Origin: Geosiphon pyriformis uo1
Taxonomy: Eukaryota; Fungi; Glomeromycota
Length of the DNA: 64,000 nt
Direction: 5' to 3'
Assembly: GCA_016748015.1 (NCBI GenBank)
Contig: JAAOMT010000129.1
Span: 62,001 to 126,000, forward strand
The notes under the pieces were generated by a model, which saw nothing but the letters and a program-made list of their open reading frames with translations, made no database searches and was not told the origin of the DNA. Made by a program: the position numbers and the translations under genes. Shown piece after piece: positions 14,601 to 29,145 of the stretch; the first letter of the stretch is position 1; each line of letters opens with the position of its first letter.

Positions 14601-17600
14601 ATGAGTTTGATTCTCTGTTGGTTAAGTGAAAAAGTGTTGATGCTACTAATGCAGCTGTTGTGAAGTTGCTTATTGGTTCTGGATCTTGTTTTGATAATAT
14701 TAGATCAATTTTGGCTAAAGTTAAAAAATTTTATTACTTTTCTAAACTGTTGAAATCTAAGCACACTGAGAAATCTCGGATCAAGTTGGTTATAGATAAA
14801 AAAATAGAGAGTTTTGAGACTGATAAGGGTTATACCATCAGAAGTGTGTTGGAATGTTCTTTCCAAAAAGTTGTATTAGACCATCTTATAGTGGGAAAGA
14901 AGCTGGTTTTAAAGCCCAATATAGTTAAATCTAAGGTTGATGAGATTATAGAATGCTAGACTCATAAGTGTAAAATAGTTCCTGATGTCTTTGATGAATG
15001 GTCTTACCAATACTGACTACTGGGTTACATTTTCAATGATGTTTTTTCAGAAGTGATAAGTTTAATTGGTTTTGAGAAAATGTTCAGAGTTATTTTAAAT
15101 CTGCCTGATAGAAAAGCTGTTAGTCTTTTTGGTATATTCAATGAATTGTGGAAACATTGCAATAAGTCTGTTCTAAACATATTGCTAGTGCTTTTGAACT
15201 TTTGTTTGACATGTAAATCAGTTTTTTTCTCTTGAAAAGAGACTTGGGTCTCAATTATTCCAAAGTCATATGAATGGAAGGGTATTCTTACAAATACCTA
15301 TTCTATTGTCTTAATTAAGACAGCTCACAAAATTTTTTCTAAAACTTTTTCAGACAGGATTTCTTTGGCTTGCAATAAGTTTGATGTTCTTAAGGGTAAC
15401 AATTTTTCTGTATTAAAAAATATAACTACACAGTCTTCTATTTTTGCTATTGGTTCAGTGGTTGAAAATGTTTTAAAAAAGAATCAAAAATTATGACTGG
15501 TTTTGTAAAACATGTATTGTTATAGGTGATTATTTAGGTTTGAAAACAAATAACAAACTCGTAACTTAGTACTCAATTGATTTAATGATGTTGGTTTCTG
15601 AAGGTTTTGGTTATCTAAAAATTTGATTGTCTGAAAGTTTTTGTTGAGTTTTTTGTATAATAGACAGAGATTTAATTGTGGTTTCAGTAGTCTTTTGGAA
15701 TCACAATTTTATCAAATTTTTTTCAGTGTAATAGCCAGTAATTTTTCTGGTAAGCTATTTTCAAATCTATGAGTTCTTTACCCTTGTTTTATGGGTCTTT
15801 TACCAGTCTTTATAATGTTTGTAACTCAGTGTTTTAATCTTTAATCAATTAGTTAACAACAAAAAATAACAAAATAAAAGAAAATAAAAGAAAAAAAAAG
15901 AAAAAAAAGAAATAAGCCAAGGCAATAAAATTAGTATCCTATTAATAGCTGTGATTAAGAGCTATTGTTCCAGCATGGTTAAGTATTTAATACTATCAAC
16001 ATGAAGTGTTGATAGTGGAGAGTAGATTGAAATAGCAAATAATTATTTATTTATATTTGTAAATTGGAAAGTTGCTTAGATTAAATCTAAACTGAGAGGT
16101 CTGTTTTTTCTACTTCTAACACTACTGCTATATATACATAATTGAGATTCCTCAATTCCTCAATTTTTTACACCAGGAATTCTGGAATTCTTGAAATTCT
16201 GCAATTTCTTTGAGAGAAATTCTGGAATTCTGGAATTCTGCAATTTTTTGTATAAGAATTCTGAAATTTCTGGAATCCTGCAATTCTTCTAAGAGGAATC
16301 CTGAAATTTCACATTTACTATGACTACTTCTAATTGGTTAATTTATATGCTAATATACTTCCTATATTCTATGAATAACAGCATAAAGCTTATAATTTTG
16401 TTAGGTAAAAGCATCTTAAAAAGAGTCTGGCTTGGATCAAAATGTGTGACAAGTTTGTTAAATTTTTTGGTAGCATTCACAATGATTAGGTTAACTGGAT
16501 TATGACTGATTTTGGTCTGACTAATGAGTATCAAGTTCATGATGGATTGGATTAAAGGGAGGTCTTTTCACCTCTTCTCTAATACATATTTTATGATTTG
16601 CTTTTGTGTAAAGTCAAGAAATAGAAAAGTTTGTGTAACTACAAATTGAATTCTCTTTTTATTTCAAAGACTGGATATATGGAGTCTCAAGCTAGACTTA
16701 CTTTATTTTTAGCTGTTGGTGTCTTCATTAATAACACAATTTGAGTTAATAATAGTTAGGCTATTATGCAACATATTCTTAATATTGCCAATAGGTTTTT
16801 CAGAATTAATGACATTTCTATAAATAATAATAAGACTGTAACAATTTTTATCAACTGCAGAGTTATAAATCCTTCTTTGTTAGTTAGTAGAGCACCCATT
16901 TCTATTGCCAAGTGAAAGGAATCTCATCACTATATGAATATCTTTTTGTTCTCTAAGAGCTTGTCAAAGCCTAATTTGGCCAAAGTTCATTCAGATATCC
17001 AGTTTTTTGCCAATTTGGTTTTGAGAAAAGCAATCTCTAACAAACAGTTTTCTTATTTAGTTTCAGTGGTTTTTTATTCTATTATTAATTATAGAACTCA
17101 ATTCAATTACATTCCTGTCAGTTTATGTAATAAGTGGGATATTATAGTTTACAGAGATTTGAAGTCCAAATCTGGTCTTCCTAATGATTTTTCCAATGAT
17201 ACACTTTACCATCCTCTTTTTTATGGTTTGAAATCTTTTAAACAGATTTAGGCTAAGAGCAAATCAGCTTTTGTTGTTTGCTTTGTTAATTTTATTAAGA
17301 TTCTAGGCCATTTGTTTGCACATAGGTCACATGATCTTCAAGTCCTTAGCTGGTTTCCATGTTACTCTTTGTTTCTTCCAGTTAATGTAAATGTTAATCC
17401 TTTGAACAATTTTTTGGCTAACATAGTCTGTATTTTTTTGGGGTGTAATTTGTTTTTGAGTGGTTTTATGACTAATGCTTTTTATTTTCGAAATAGAACT
17501 TCTATGTTTTTTGTTCTCAGTATATTAAAATTTTATAAATGTGCTTTTTTGCTTTAGTGGTATGGGATTACCTTTATAAAACAGCTTTATGACCAGTATG

Positions 17601-19236
17601 ATGTGATTTTTGATTGGAAAACATTCAAGTAATGAAAGAGATTGGATCTGTATGATCCTGTTTCTGAATGGTTTGACCTCTCTGTTCATTTTTTCAGTGG
17701 TTTGGCTTGTTTTTTTACTGGTACATCTTTACTAAAAAGGATGAGTTTGTTAAACATTCTTAAGTTTTGTGATTTTGGGATCATTTGTAATCATTTGTTG
17801 GATGTTAGTAATGGTCTCTTTTCTGTTTACATGGATGGATCTCTTTGCAGTTTGGGAACTGTTAATATAAAGACTGACATGGCTGTGTTTTTTGAAGATA
17901 TTGGTTTGGGCTTGGGTGTTAGGGTTTTTGGTTTGGCATTATCAATTATAATAGAATTGCAAGCTATTGCTTTAGCACTTGAATGTGTTCTGCCTTCTAG
18001 CTTAGTTCACTTTTTTTCAGACAGCCAGGCTGCTTTGGATGCTTGCAAGTTTGAGCTAGCTTTGTTATGTCCAAATTTTTAGAAATAATACTGGGTTGAG
18101 CATCACCATATTGTGGGTGTCATTTATGATAAAAATTTGAAGGTCAGCTGGTACAAAGTAAAGGAGCATTCAGGTATTTCAGAAAATGAAGTCACTAATG
18201 CTTTGGCAGGATCTGCTTTTCTCTCTGGTCTGTATCTATCTTATCAAATTAAGGAGCATTTTATCAGAACTGGTGGTGGTATTGTTTCTGGTAATTCTAG
18301 GCACTTTATCCATGATGTTTTTCAATCTGTTTGTCAGATGTGCTGGGAAGTTGGCTCTAATTTTAGGGTTGTGGTGAGTAATTTGCATACAAACATTGAT
18401 TGGTTTAGGTTATTTTTGGTGTGACATTCTGTCTTACATATGGCCACTGGCTTTATTAGTAGAGGTACTGCTAACACTCACATGTATTTTATAAAAGCTT
18501 TGCACTACCAGCTCCCTGTTGTTGTTCATAAATATTTGTATATTAATAGTTATCTGAGTGTATTGTACTTGTTTTGTAAGGATATCAAGATTTCCGACCA
18601 CACTTTTTCTTACTCATCTAATTTTGGCACTTGTGTGCAGTTGCTAAATGCCTATGTAGATGAGTAGAGTGTGCTTTTTAGTCTGTTTTGTTTGTCTTTT
18701 TGTGTTTTATAGTGTTTAAGTTTTTGCTCTTCTAATATTGCTGTGTATGTGGCTCTGTGTAAGAGTTTTGTTTTCAATAATTGGTATTAAGAGTCCTTAT
18801 CTGTTTTTAAAGATTCCAAATTTGCAGATCAGAAGATTGCAGACTTTATACACAAGTTTTGTCTTATATTTAGAGAGAAATTTTGGTTGGTCTGTGCTAA
18901 GCATCAGGTTTTTATGAAAAAAAATGGTCTAATTCCACATGATGGATCTGTTTCAGTTTTGGTATTTGGGTTTTTTTTGGTTCTTTTTACTGGCATGATT
19001 AAATTGTTGGGTATTGCTGATGCTTTAGGAGTTAGTTTTGGTTTTCGTAAATTTTATAAGTTTTTTTCAGGTTTGAATCAGGTAGTTTCAGTTTATATAG
19101 ACAATTAGTGTTGTTCTGATTAGTTTGAGTGGTTGGTTATATGTAGAAAATGCATGATTCACTTCTAGTTTAGATTACTTAATTGATGTATTATATTAGG
19201 TTGCATTTGGATCTTACTTGTTAAGCAATAAAAAAA
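11609..19236 (+). mobile_element. LINE copy C, full length, decayed, interrupted in RT by a solo LTR
   Basis: ORF1 spans ~11725-13557. ORF2 spans 13554-19108 (MSNLIWKIATCN, GDNFN, RT, YMDGS RNase H). The conserved 3'UTR is followed by an A-run at ~19230. Possible imperfect TSD AATAGTAAAA(A)TAAAA at 11593 and 19237. Confidence 0.88.
15518..16380 (-). mobile_element. Solo LTR (family 2, 863 bp) inserted in LINE C RT domain
   Basis: TGTTA...TAACA termini and a 4-bp TSD with one mismatch (GTAT 15514-15517, GCAT 16381-16384). Removing it restores LINE ...NM[H]KAY.... Orientation is inferred from the TATA-like box and motif-array position. Confidence 0.88.
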
Positions 19237-19394
19237 AATAGTAAAATAAAACTTTAAAATAGCCAAGTATTTAATATTTATTAATAATAAACATAAAACT
19301 TATTTTTATTTATTATGATTTATAATTTTTTTATAAATTAAAAATTATTTTTTTTATTAGTTAAAAATTCAATAAAATTTTTATACATGATTAA

Positions 19395-19506
19395 TAATGA
19401 GTTAAGTCAAATTATAAACTATTAAATTTAATTTAATTTTTTTAAAATAAAAGTTTTCCAAGTTAAATCTAAGTTAAATTAAGATTTAACTTGACTTGAC
19501 TTATTA
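19395..19506. repeat. Degenerate inverted repeat, possible MITE remnant
   Basis: TAATGAGTTAAGTCAA (19395-19410) matches the reverse complement of 19491-19506 (TAATAAGTCAAGTCAA) at 14/16 positions. Both differences are transitions. Confidence 0.35.
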
Positions 19507-20157
19507 AAAGTTCTAAAATATATATTAAAACATAATTTTTTTTGTTTTTATAATAAATAATAAAAAAATAATATTAAATATAATTAAATTTAAATTAATT
19601 GTTTTAATTTAAATTAATAAAACAAACTGGTAAAAAAATTAATAATAAATAAAAAACCAAAGTTTTATTTATTAAAAAAATTTTGTAATATTTTGTTTAA
19701 TTGTTTTTATTTTTTAAAAAAAACTTTTTTGTTGTAAATATAAAATTTATAAAATTAAAAAGTAAAAAAATATTATTTTAAAATTTTTAATATAAAATAA
19801 TAATATAAACAACTTTAATAATTTGAAAGTTTTTTTTAAATCATTAAAATTTTTTTATTATTTATTTGAACTATAACAAAAATATTTATAAATATAAATT
19901 ATATAATTTTAACAATTCAGATTATTAATTAAAAATTGGGTTTAAAAATAATTTAAAAATAATTTAATTAAAAATATGCATATATTTAAGTTTTAAAATT
20001 TTATAATAAGTTGCTATAAATAAAAATTGTTGTTAAAAAAACATAAATTTAATTTAATCAATTTTAAATTTCATTTATTGACTATTATTAAGCAATTAAT
20101 TAATTATTTTAAACTGATAAAATAGATTTGAGGTGATTAACCTATCAAATAAATTGC

Positions 20158-20165
20158 TGACGTCA
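20158..20165. promoter_or_regulatory. CRE/ATF-type palindrome TGACGTCA upstream of NOT1
   Basis: Perfect 8-bp palindrome ~130 bp upstream of the NOT1 ATG, at the edge of the AT desert. Motif match only. Confidence 0.3.
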
Positions 20166-20292
20166 TACATCTTTGTTAGTTAGGAAAAATTTATATTTAC
20201 TTAAGAACGCCCTTTCTTGACTTATGGTGTATCAGTTTCCTCAGTAAGACACAAAGATCACTTAGAGGGACGATCATGTTCTCTTTCCCATT

Positions 20293-23200
20293 ATGAACAG
20301 TGAGGAACCTAATTTCACGTCCTTTTCCCCACCACCTGTAAACAAAATCTCTTCCACAACTGCAAAGACGTCGCCCAACACGCCCCATCAGAGACCTTCG
20401 TCTCGAACGGGCTTAAGCACAATTGTCAGAGCTCAAATTTCCTTCTTATTGTCCACCCTTACTGCTGAAAATTACACTAAGACCGTTGCAGAGATAGATT
20501 CGGTAAGCCTAGTCGTCCCGATTAGTCTGCATCTACTACATAAGATCAAAAAAAAAAGAGTTGTGACTTTGAAGACTATATGCGCTATAAATGACCTTCC
20601 TATTTTATAGAAAGAACTTGATCTATATTTCCTCCGTATAATTTGAAGGCGAGGTGTTACACATATGTTATGATCTAACTAAATATTTGATTCTTATATA
20701 GCTAATTGAACAGCACGGCCACGACATATATTTCCATTTATTGCGACGGCTGTTAATCGAAAATCAATCGAAAATCCTCAGTACCGGGAATCGGAATACA
20801 GAAGTGATAATTCACAGCTCTCTCAATTATCGTCTCCTAATTGAGAAAGTTAAACAGTCTGCTAGCAATCCAACCCTTTCGGGAGTTTTCTGTGACGCTT
20901 TAAATTCTATTGATAACAACGAATCTTTTCGGAATTTTGATCTCAACCGATTCTTGGATCAAGTTGGCTTAAATCCAGTTGAGAAAGTCGCGATCTGCAT
21001 TTCTTTACTGTCAGCAACTAGAAAAGAAACAGAGGAGAAAGGTAAAAAGCTTTATTTAACTGCTTAGTTTTGATTCTTAATTAAATGAATTTCACCTTTG
21101 AAAATCTTAACCTAATATCTCGTTTAGCCGGAGAGATTATCACAAATAATTTCGATTCGTTAGTTGAAGCTCTCCAAGATAATTCAATTTTAAGCAATAC
21201 GTCTGGGCAACTTTTGCACCATCTGCTCGTCTTCTTCAGATCATACCACGCTGATAGTCTTGCTCTTTCTTCTCAGCAAATTGACGCGCCAATCGACGCA
21301 GCCCGATCAAAGTTTGCTTCGAAGCCGGTGCCGCCTGTATTACTTCCTCTCCTGAATTCAAATCAACCAATTACTGATAGGTAACTTTTCAACTTCATTT
21401 AATTACTTTAATATTTGCAATATGATAACGTATTGCAATAAAAATCTCCAATTAGTGATTTTGCTCGGGTGAAAATGGATGATCAAAGTGAACAATCCAA
21501 TGTATCATTGGCGAGAATGATGATGGACATCGGTTATAGCAGCTGCAATTCCTCCACAGCTGTTCGCAGTATTCTTGCTCAACTGGGAGTGACTTCACCT
21601 GATTCGGGGAATATAATCAAAGAAGAACATGTGGCTCACGTTCTGGGAATTATGTCAAAAACGCAGAGTGAAAATGATGATGAAAAAGCTTCATGGAATC
21701 AAACAACACCGACTACAGATAGTGAAAGAAAAGAATCATGGGAAATAGAAACATTCATAAACACCTTGATTGAACTGGTAAATAAATCAAAATTCTGCAC
21801 CCGAAAAAATTCATAACTCTACAAAAATTTATTCCATTCAAAATTTTTTTAGCAACCAGCAATAGACTGGGTCAAGGTCTTTCAAAAACTTGACTATTCC
21901 GAGTTCTCCGTAACCGATTTTAAGGGATTCGAAATTCTTTTAAAAGCCTTTAAGACAGCAGTCAAGGTAAAAAATAGTTGTTTGGTTTTCATTTTTATTG
22001 GTTATAAATTTCTGACTAAATCGCTTCAATATTTAGGATCAAGAAAAATTTCCTATTCATGTGTTCTGGGGTCGTTGGGAAAATATTTTAGGACAATTTA
22101 GCGTTTTGCGGTGCATCGCTCAAGCCCCTGTAGAAGTATTTAGTATCAACGATGTTCGAACACGTAGAGTTCTGACTGTGGATAGCTTTGCAACTTCTGG
22201 CGCTAATGTCAAATCTTTAGCCCCTATGCTAACATCGCAGCCTTGGAATTCCTTGGATTTTATTGAAACTTTGATCAAACTGGCGGATACCGAGCTATAT
22301 GAAAAGGTCCGGGATCTCTTTGATGGAGCTTCAAAACAGACACCAGAATTAATAGTGTTAGGTCTTGCACGGGTTCAGGTAAAATAAATTCTATTCATGA
22401 TAATAAATATTTTCAATGCTCACAGAATTTACGATAATCAAGTTGATCTCATTTATTTCTTATAGAAACCCTGGAGCCAAATGCATCAAGAATTTGTAAA
22501 CAAATTATTGGCCATGTTTTTGATTAGTCATTCGAGTTCCACTCTTGTTCTGACTAATCTCTGGGAAGTCAACCCTAAGTTGTTTATTGAAGGATGCCTC
22601 GATTTGTACCAGAAGGATGCCATGCAAATCTCTCGTATACTTGACATTGCTCAAGATTTGAAGGTATACCATAAGCATATTCCCATCGTTTATCTTTCTA
22701 AAAAATTACCATTTATTAGACGCAATTATCCCCACAAAATGACCTACCCTAGATTCTGCCCCCTCTGCTTAAAGTTCAACAATTCGTCTTTACCATAGAA
22801 CTTGCTGCTTTGGCTTCTCGACGAGAATATCTGAATCTGGAGAAATGGCTCCAAGAAAATATAGTTGAATATGCCGATCCATTTGTTCATGATTGTCTTC
22901 AATTTTTAATGCGTAAAGTTGAAATGGAAGTTACGGGAGAAACTGGCAACTTCCCTTCTGTAAGGCTACATTTTGATGTCGTAGCCATTTTTTTAAAAAT
23001 CTTGATCAATAGGTACGAGAACATTTCAGAGGATACATTTTTTTCCCTTATACACCGGCTTACATCATCCCTTCCGCAATTTTTAACAATAAAGCCCCAT
23101 GTCGGTTGAGAATGCCGAATTATTAAAGGAGGTACATAGCACTGCTCTACAGGTGTATCCCCTTCTCATGAACCTTGGCTCTTCACCTGAGGCTAATGTT

Positions 23201-26200
23201 ACTGGTACAGAAACCTCATTTTCGCCGGACGTGGAAGAAGAAGCGAATTCATATTACGAAAGAGTATATAGACAAGAAATCAGTATTGAAGAAATGATCC
23301 AACTTCTTCAAAGATTTAAAAACTCCCAGGATTCGAGGGAAAAAGACATTTTCAATTGTATGGTGCACAATTTATTCGATGAATACCAATTCTTTCCAAA
23401 ATATCCTCAAAGAGAGCTTACCATAACGAGCATCATTTTTGGGTCTTTGATTCAATCTCAACTTGTTGGATATATGGCTCTTGTCGCTCTGCGGTATGTA
23501 TTGAGTGCGCTCAGAAATCCTGCCGAATCTAAAATGTTCAATTTCGGAGTACAAGCTTTGTCCCAATTTCAATCTCGTCTTCCCGAATGGCCACAATACT
23601 GTTCACATCTACTGCAGCTTCCTCAGCTCCAGCAATCTCACCCTGAAATCATCGAGTATGTAAGATCTGCTCTTGCAAAAAACACTAATCCCATTAACAA
23701 TGGAGAACAGGTTTCTGTTAGACCTGTCATTTCCAGCTCGGCAATAGATGTTCCTATAAATGATACTACTGAAATTAACAACAACAATCAAAATGATAAT
23801 AGCGAAACTATTAATAACATTAATAACAATATTACACCGTCAGAACTGTCCTCTCAACCGGTGGAAGCCTCAAGGCCTGCTTTTACCGCTCTGAATCTGG
23901 ATACTTTGATTGCTGCCGATAAAGTGGATTATGAAGTACCTGGTGAAGCTATCCAAGATAAGATATTGTTTATAGTGAATAACGTCGCTCAAAGTAATTT
24001 GGATACTAAAGTCGCGGAAATGAAAGACATACTGAAAGAGTCACATTATCGATGGTTTGCTAATTATTTGGTCGTTAAAAGAGCGAGTATTGAACCAAAT
24101 TATCATCAACTCTATCTGCAATTCTTGGAAGCGTTAGAAAGTCAACTACTTGTTCGACATGTTCTACACGAGACTTTTGTCAATATTAAGGTTCTTTTGA
24201 ACTCGGAAAAAACAGTTCAATCTGCCTCGGAAAGGTCATTACTTAAAAATTTGGGTTCATGGCTTGGTGGAATGGCTTTAGCGAGAAATAAACCAATAAA
24301 ACACAAAAATATTGCTTTTAAGGTTGGTTGATTATTTGTCAAGTGGTAAATGGTAAATTTATTTTCATATTTTTGCTAATACGATTTTAATTGTTTACCA
24401 AATTTTTAGGAACTTCTGATTGAAGGTTACGATAGTAACAGGTTGATTGTGGCAATCCCATTTGTGTGTAAGGTCCTTGAACAAGCAAGCAAAAGTAAAA
24501 TTTTTAAGCCTCCAAATCCATGGCTTATGGCAATCCTTAAACTTCTGGTTGAACTGTATCAGTTTGCGGATCTGAAGCTCAATCTCAAATTTGAAATTGA
24601 AGTTCTCTGCAAAAGTTTAAGTATTGAATTGAAAGACATCGAACCCACCACTTTTCTTAAGGATAGGCCACCAAAAGAATCAATTCCTCTGACCACTGAA
24701 GGACTCCCACAACCATCTGAAAATTGGTCCGCTCAACTGCCAACAACTGGACAAGTGCCCCCACCGCCTAACTTGCCAGGGACCCAAGTTGGTGGCACTA
24801 CCTCTGCTCCTATTGCAGGTACCAGTGATATCAAGATTTCATTGAAGCTGTGTAGAGTGGATGATGGTTTAATTTTTTATTGCCTTATCTAGACGAAAAC
24901 CTATTGAACACACTTTCAAATCTTGGCCCATACATAAAACTTAACCATAATGTAACAATGTTCGTTAATCATCCTGGGCTTCGAAAAATTGTACATATGG
25001 CGATTGACAGGGCCATCCAAGAGGTTTGTGAAGATAATTTCTTCTACAGACACCTTATATCATAACCAATTCATCTTAATAATTTGAAATGAATTCTCAG
25101 ATCATTGCACCTGTGGTAGAAAGGTCTGTCGGGATTGCTTGCATTTCCACCAGAGAATTGATACTCAAAGACTTTGCTATGGAACCCAACGAAGAGAAAA
25201 TGCGCAATGCAGCTCACTTGATGGTGCAAAACTTGGCCGGTAGCTTAGCCCTTGTTACATGTAAGGAACCTCTCCGCATGAGTATGGTAACCCATTTGCG
25301 CAATCTTTTCCTTCAACAGGGATTCGCTGAGGTGAGAGAAAGTGTTTTACTTCATATATAATTATATTTGTTACTAAAAGCTTAATCTTTCGAATTCAAA
25401 AGAATATCTCGGAACAAGCTATCTTAATAGTAGTTGCAGATAACCTTGATCTAGCGTGCTCTATTGTGGAAAAATCCGCAATGGAGAAAGCGATCCCCGA
25501 AATTGAGGATAATCTATCAATTTCATTTTCAAATCGGAAGAAACATCGAGAGGTATTGTCTCAATCCAGTTTATTCTTGTTTTTACAAGCGAAAACCATT
25601 CCAAACATTACTCAATTTTTGGTTCAATAGCGTACAGGACAACCCTATTATGACATGGCTGTTTATCCCGGCATTTCACGTTACATGAACAATCTACCCG
25701 AACCCTTGCGTCTGAAACCCAATGGGCTTCAACCGCAACAACTAAGAGTATACGAAGATTTCTCAAGGATTTCACGGTTGAACAATCAATCTACAAATTA
25801 TGGTAAACATTCGAAAACTTTGATATTTATTAAACTTTCCAAAAATAATTACAAATTCCCTTTTCTTTAGAAGAGCGATTACGAGCTGGGATGTATCGTG
25901 GACAAGAAGTCCCTCTTCCTCACCAATACACTTCCACCGAGATTTCTTACGAGAATCCTCAAGTTATAACAGCTCATCAGAGTCTTGAAAGATTTGCGGT
26001 AAGCTCGTCACATATATCTGGCTCTTGACCTTTCCTTAACTATCTTATAATCTCTTAAATTACTATGTATGACTCCATAGCAATATCTTTCTGAGCTTGA
26101 TAAATTGATTAGCAAAAACCCCCAAGCTTCATGGACTTCTTTACCTCAAAATCATGATATACGTTTACTTGTGAACCAAATCCCTATGATTGCGGCTCAA

Positions 26201-28861
26201 TCAATTCATCGAGACGAAACCGCTTTGAACTTCTCACAGAAAGTCGTTCAGCTATTGTATAAGAACGATTCCAACCTGTCTCGTGAGATATATGTTATTC
26301 TCCTTGAAAAGCTATGTGAAATTTCGCAGAAAGTAGCAAAAGAAGTAACTGCATGGTTGATATATGCAGATGATGAGGTAAGCCTCCTTTATTCAACATT
26401 TTTATTTCATTTATTTAATTCGATACCCCTCTTATTCCGATAATATTATATCAGCGTAAATTCATAGTGCCCGTGGTAGTAGCTTTAATTAAGGCAGGCC
26501 TTGTAAATATCGCTGACCAAGATATTCAGCTTGCTAAGCTCATTGATAACGGGCGACCTACGGTCATCGATTTTACCGCCAAATTAATACGTGAATGTGT
26601 CTTTAAGGATCCTCCGATCGCCGCGCGAAATGATTTTCTACTTTCAATTGAAGCTCTTGATAGACTCATCCGACGTGGAAAAGCTCCCGAAAGGTACACT
26701 GCTTACCAAAGTTATTGAACTTGTTTTTCAGCTACATGCTTTAGCCTTGTTTAAAATGCCTTGTTAAAACGTAGCGTAGTTCAGCTAATTGACGAAATAC
26801 GTCGACCACGGGATGGATTGCGTGAGAAATTATCATACGTTTTTACCGAATGGGTAAAACTTTATCAACATCCTTCATCAAATGAAAAAGCTTTTACAAA
26901 CTTCATTATGCAGGTATGTATTCGCCTGACTGCTTTAAATTAATGAAAGCCGTTAGCGAAGAGAAACCTTCTAACTTTACCCATTTTCCTTTTCATTTAC
27001 AATAGTTGCAAAATCCGGGGGTTTTACAAGGAGATGAAACTTCAACAATGTTTTTTAGGCTCTGCACCGAGATTAGCGTGGACAGCTATTTGAAACAAAA
27101 AGCTGTTATGCAAACTGCCCCTGCTGTAGCCTTTCAGGCAATCGATGCCTTTTCAAAGTTAATTGTATTGTTGGTCAAATATCATTCTGACCCTGAAGGG
27201 GTAAACAACAATGTTGCCAAAGTCACCTATCTCACCAGAATAATATCATTGATTGTTCTTGTGTTGGCGCAAGCCCACGAACAGCGTCGGCAACAGTTCA
27301 ACCAAAAGCCTTTCTTTCGTTTATTCACAAGCTTGCTTAATGACATCAACTCTTATGAACAACAACTACAGCCTATATACTTTCAAATCATCACCAATTT
27401 GAGGTAAAGGCTATACTACTTGATCTTAATTCGTTTGAAATAATCAATAATCAATAATCAATAATCAATTAAACTAAAACGCATTATCTAATTCCATATC
27501 AGTAACACCTTTCATACACTTCAACCGGCATTCTTCCCAGGGTTTACCTTTGCTTGGTTATCGTTGATTTCACATCGTCTCTTCATGCCCAAATTACTAT
27601 TAGCTGAGAATCAAAAGGTTTTTTCATGCCTCATCATTTAATCTTAGATCATCACAAGGTGTTTGCGAAACTGATTCACCTAATATTTGTCTACAATTTT
27701 TTTAGGGTTGGCCAGCGTTTCATCGATTGCTTATTTGTCTCTTCAAGTTTTTGGATCCTTTCCTCCGCAATGTTGAAATGAGGGATACCACGCGTGTTTT
27801 GTATAAGGGCACTCTGCGTGTACTTTTAGTCCTTCTTCATGACTTCCCTGAGTTCTTATGCGAATATCACTTCAGCTTTTGTGATGTGATTCCCCATTCT
27901 TGTATTCAGCTACGAAATCTTATTCTGAGCGCTTTTCCGCGGAATATGAGGCTACCTGATCCTTTCACGCCTAATTTGAAGGTTGATTTGCTCCCGGAAA
28001 TTAGTGATCCGCCTCGCGTTCTCTCAGATTACACCTCTGCTCTATTACCAAATAACCTCAAACAAGAAATCGACACTTATCTCAAGACGCGGCAGCCAGC
28101 CTCGTTCGCGATGGAACTACCTAAACGGCTTTTGCTGGATAACACCAATCCATCCGAAATTGCTTCCGCAGGGTCCAAATATAACACGCCAGTTATTAAC
28201 TCCCTCGTTTTATACGTTGGCATTCAAGCTATTAACCAACATCAGAATAAGCAATCTTCAACACCTTTAACCCATACTGCCCATATGGAGATCTTTCGAC
28301 AGCTTCTTACTAGTTTGGACGCCGAAGGTGAATCAATCGAATCATTCTTACAAGTGGATTATTAACTTTTTATTGCTAACTAAATATTTGACCTATTTCC
28401 AGGTCGATACCTCTTCTTAAGCGCAATAGCTAATCAACTGAGGTTCCCTAATAGCCACACCCATTACTTCAGCTGTGCATTGTTGATTTTATTTGGGGAA
28501 GGCAATCAAGAAATTATCAAAGAGCAAGTGACGAGGTAAGACGAGACAGGCAAGACAACACGAGAATTCAAGGCAATTTAAACTATAACATAATTTATTT
28601 TAGAGTACTTTTGGAAAGGTTAATAGTAAATCGACCGCACCCTTGGGGCCTCTTGATAACCTTCATTGAGTTGATCAAAAATCCTCGATATGATTTCTGG
28701 AGTCATTCCTTTACTCGATGTGCCACTGATATTGAGCGCTTGTTTGAAAGCGTAAGCCGGTATGCATTGGTTTCTTTATTTAATTATTGTTTGTTGACTG
28801 TTAGAAACTTTTTTAACTTGATTTTTCAATTTACCCTTACAGATCAATTAATCAAAATTAG
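20293..28861 (+). CDS. NOT1: CCR4-NOT complex scaffold subunit NOT1 (CNOT1/CDC39), ~24 exons
   Basis: Hallmark motifs [110 protein letters not shown] and [27 protein letters not shown] introns can be traced, the first at 20503-20701 and the last at 28760-28842. The final exon ends SINQN* at 28861. Confidence 0.96.
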
Positions 28862-29145
28862 AAATATAATATTCTACTCATAATTAATTTCCACTAGATA
28901 GCAACTAGAAAAACTTAAGTTTAAATCCAATTATTGACATTTTTTTCACAACAATACAATCACTCCACTTTGTACAGCAGTTTTTAATTTTACTTAGAAT
29001 TTAATCATGGCCAAAATTTCAAATAAATATAAACATTATGGGATTCGGTTTCAAGCTGTATCACTTTTTTTTGCCTTTTGAGTCACTCTCTTGCTCTTAA
29101 TGTTTCTGGCTTTTTTCCACTGTTCCCGTTTTCGCTTTTTAGCCT

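Noticed and set aside
3306-19108. Alternative genetic code (TGA=Trp) suggested by many in-frame TGA at Trp positions
   Set aside because: TAG and TAA also replace Trp and Gln codons, stop positions differ between copies, and host genes read cleanly in the standard code. The pattern is explained by G>A/C>T decay.
27438-27468. (AATAATC)n repeat in a NOT1 intron
   Set aside because: Ordinary short tandem repeat.
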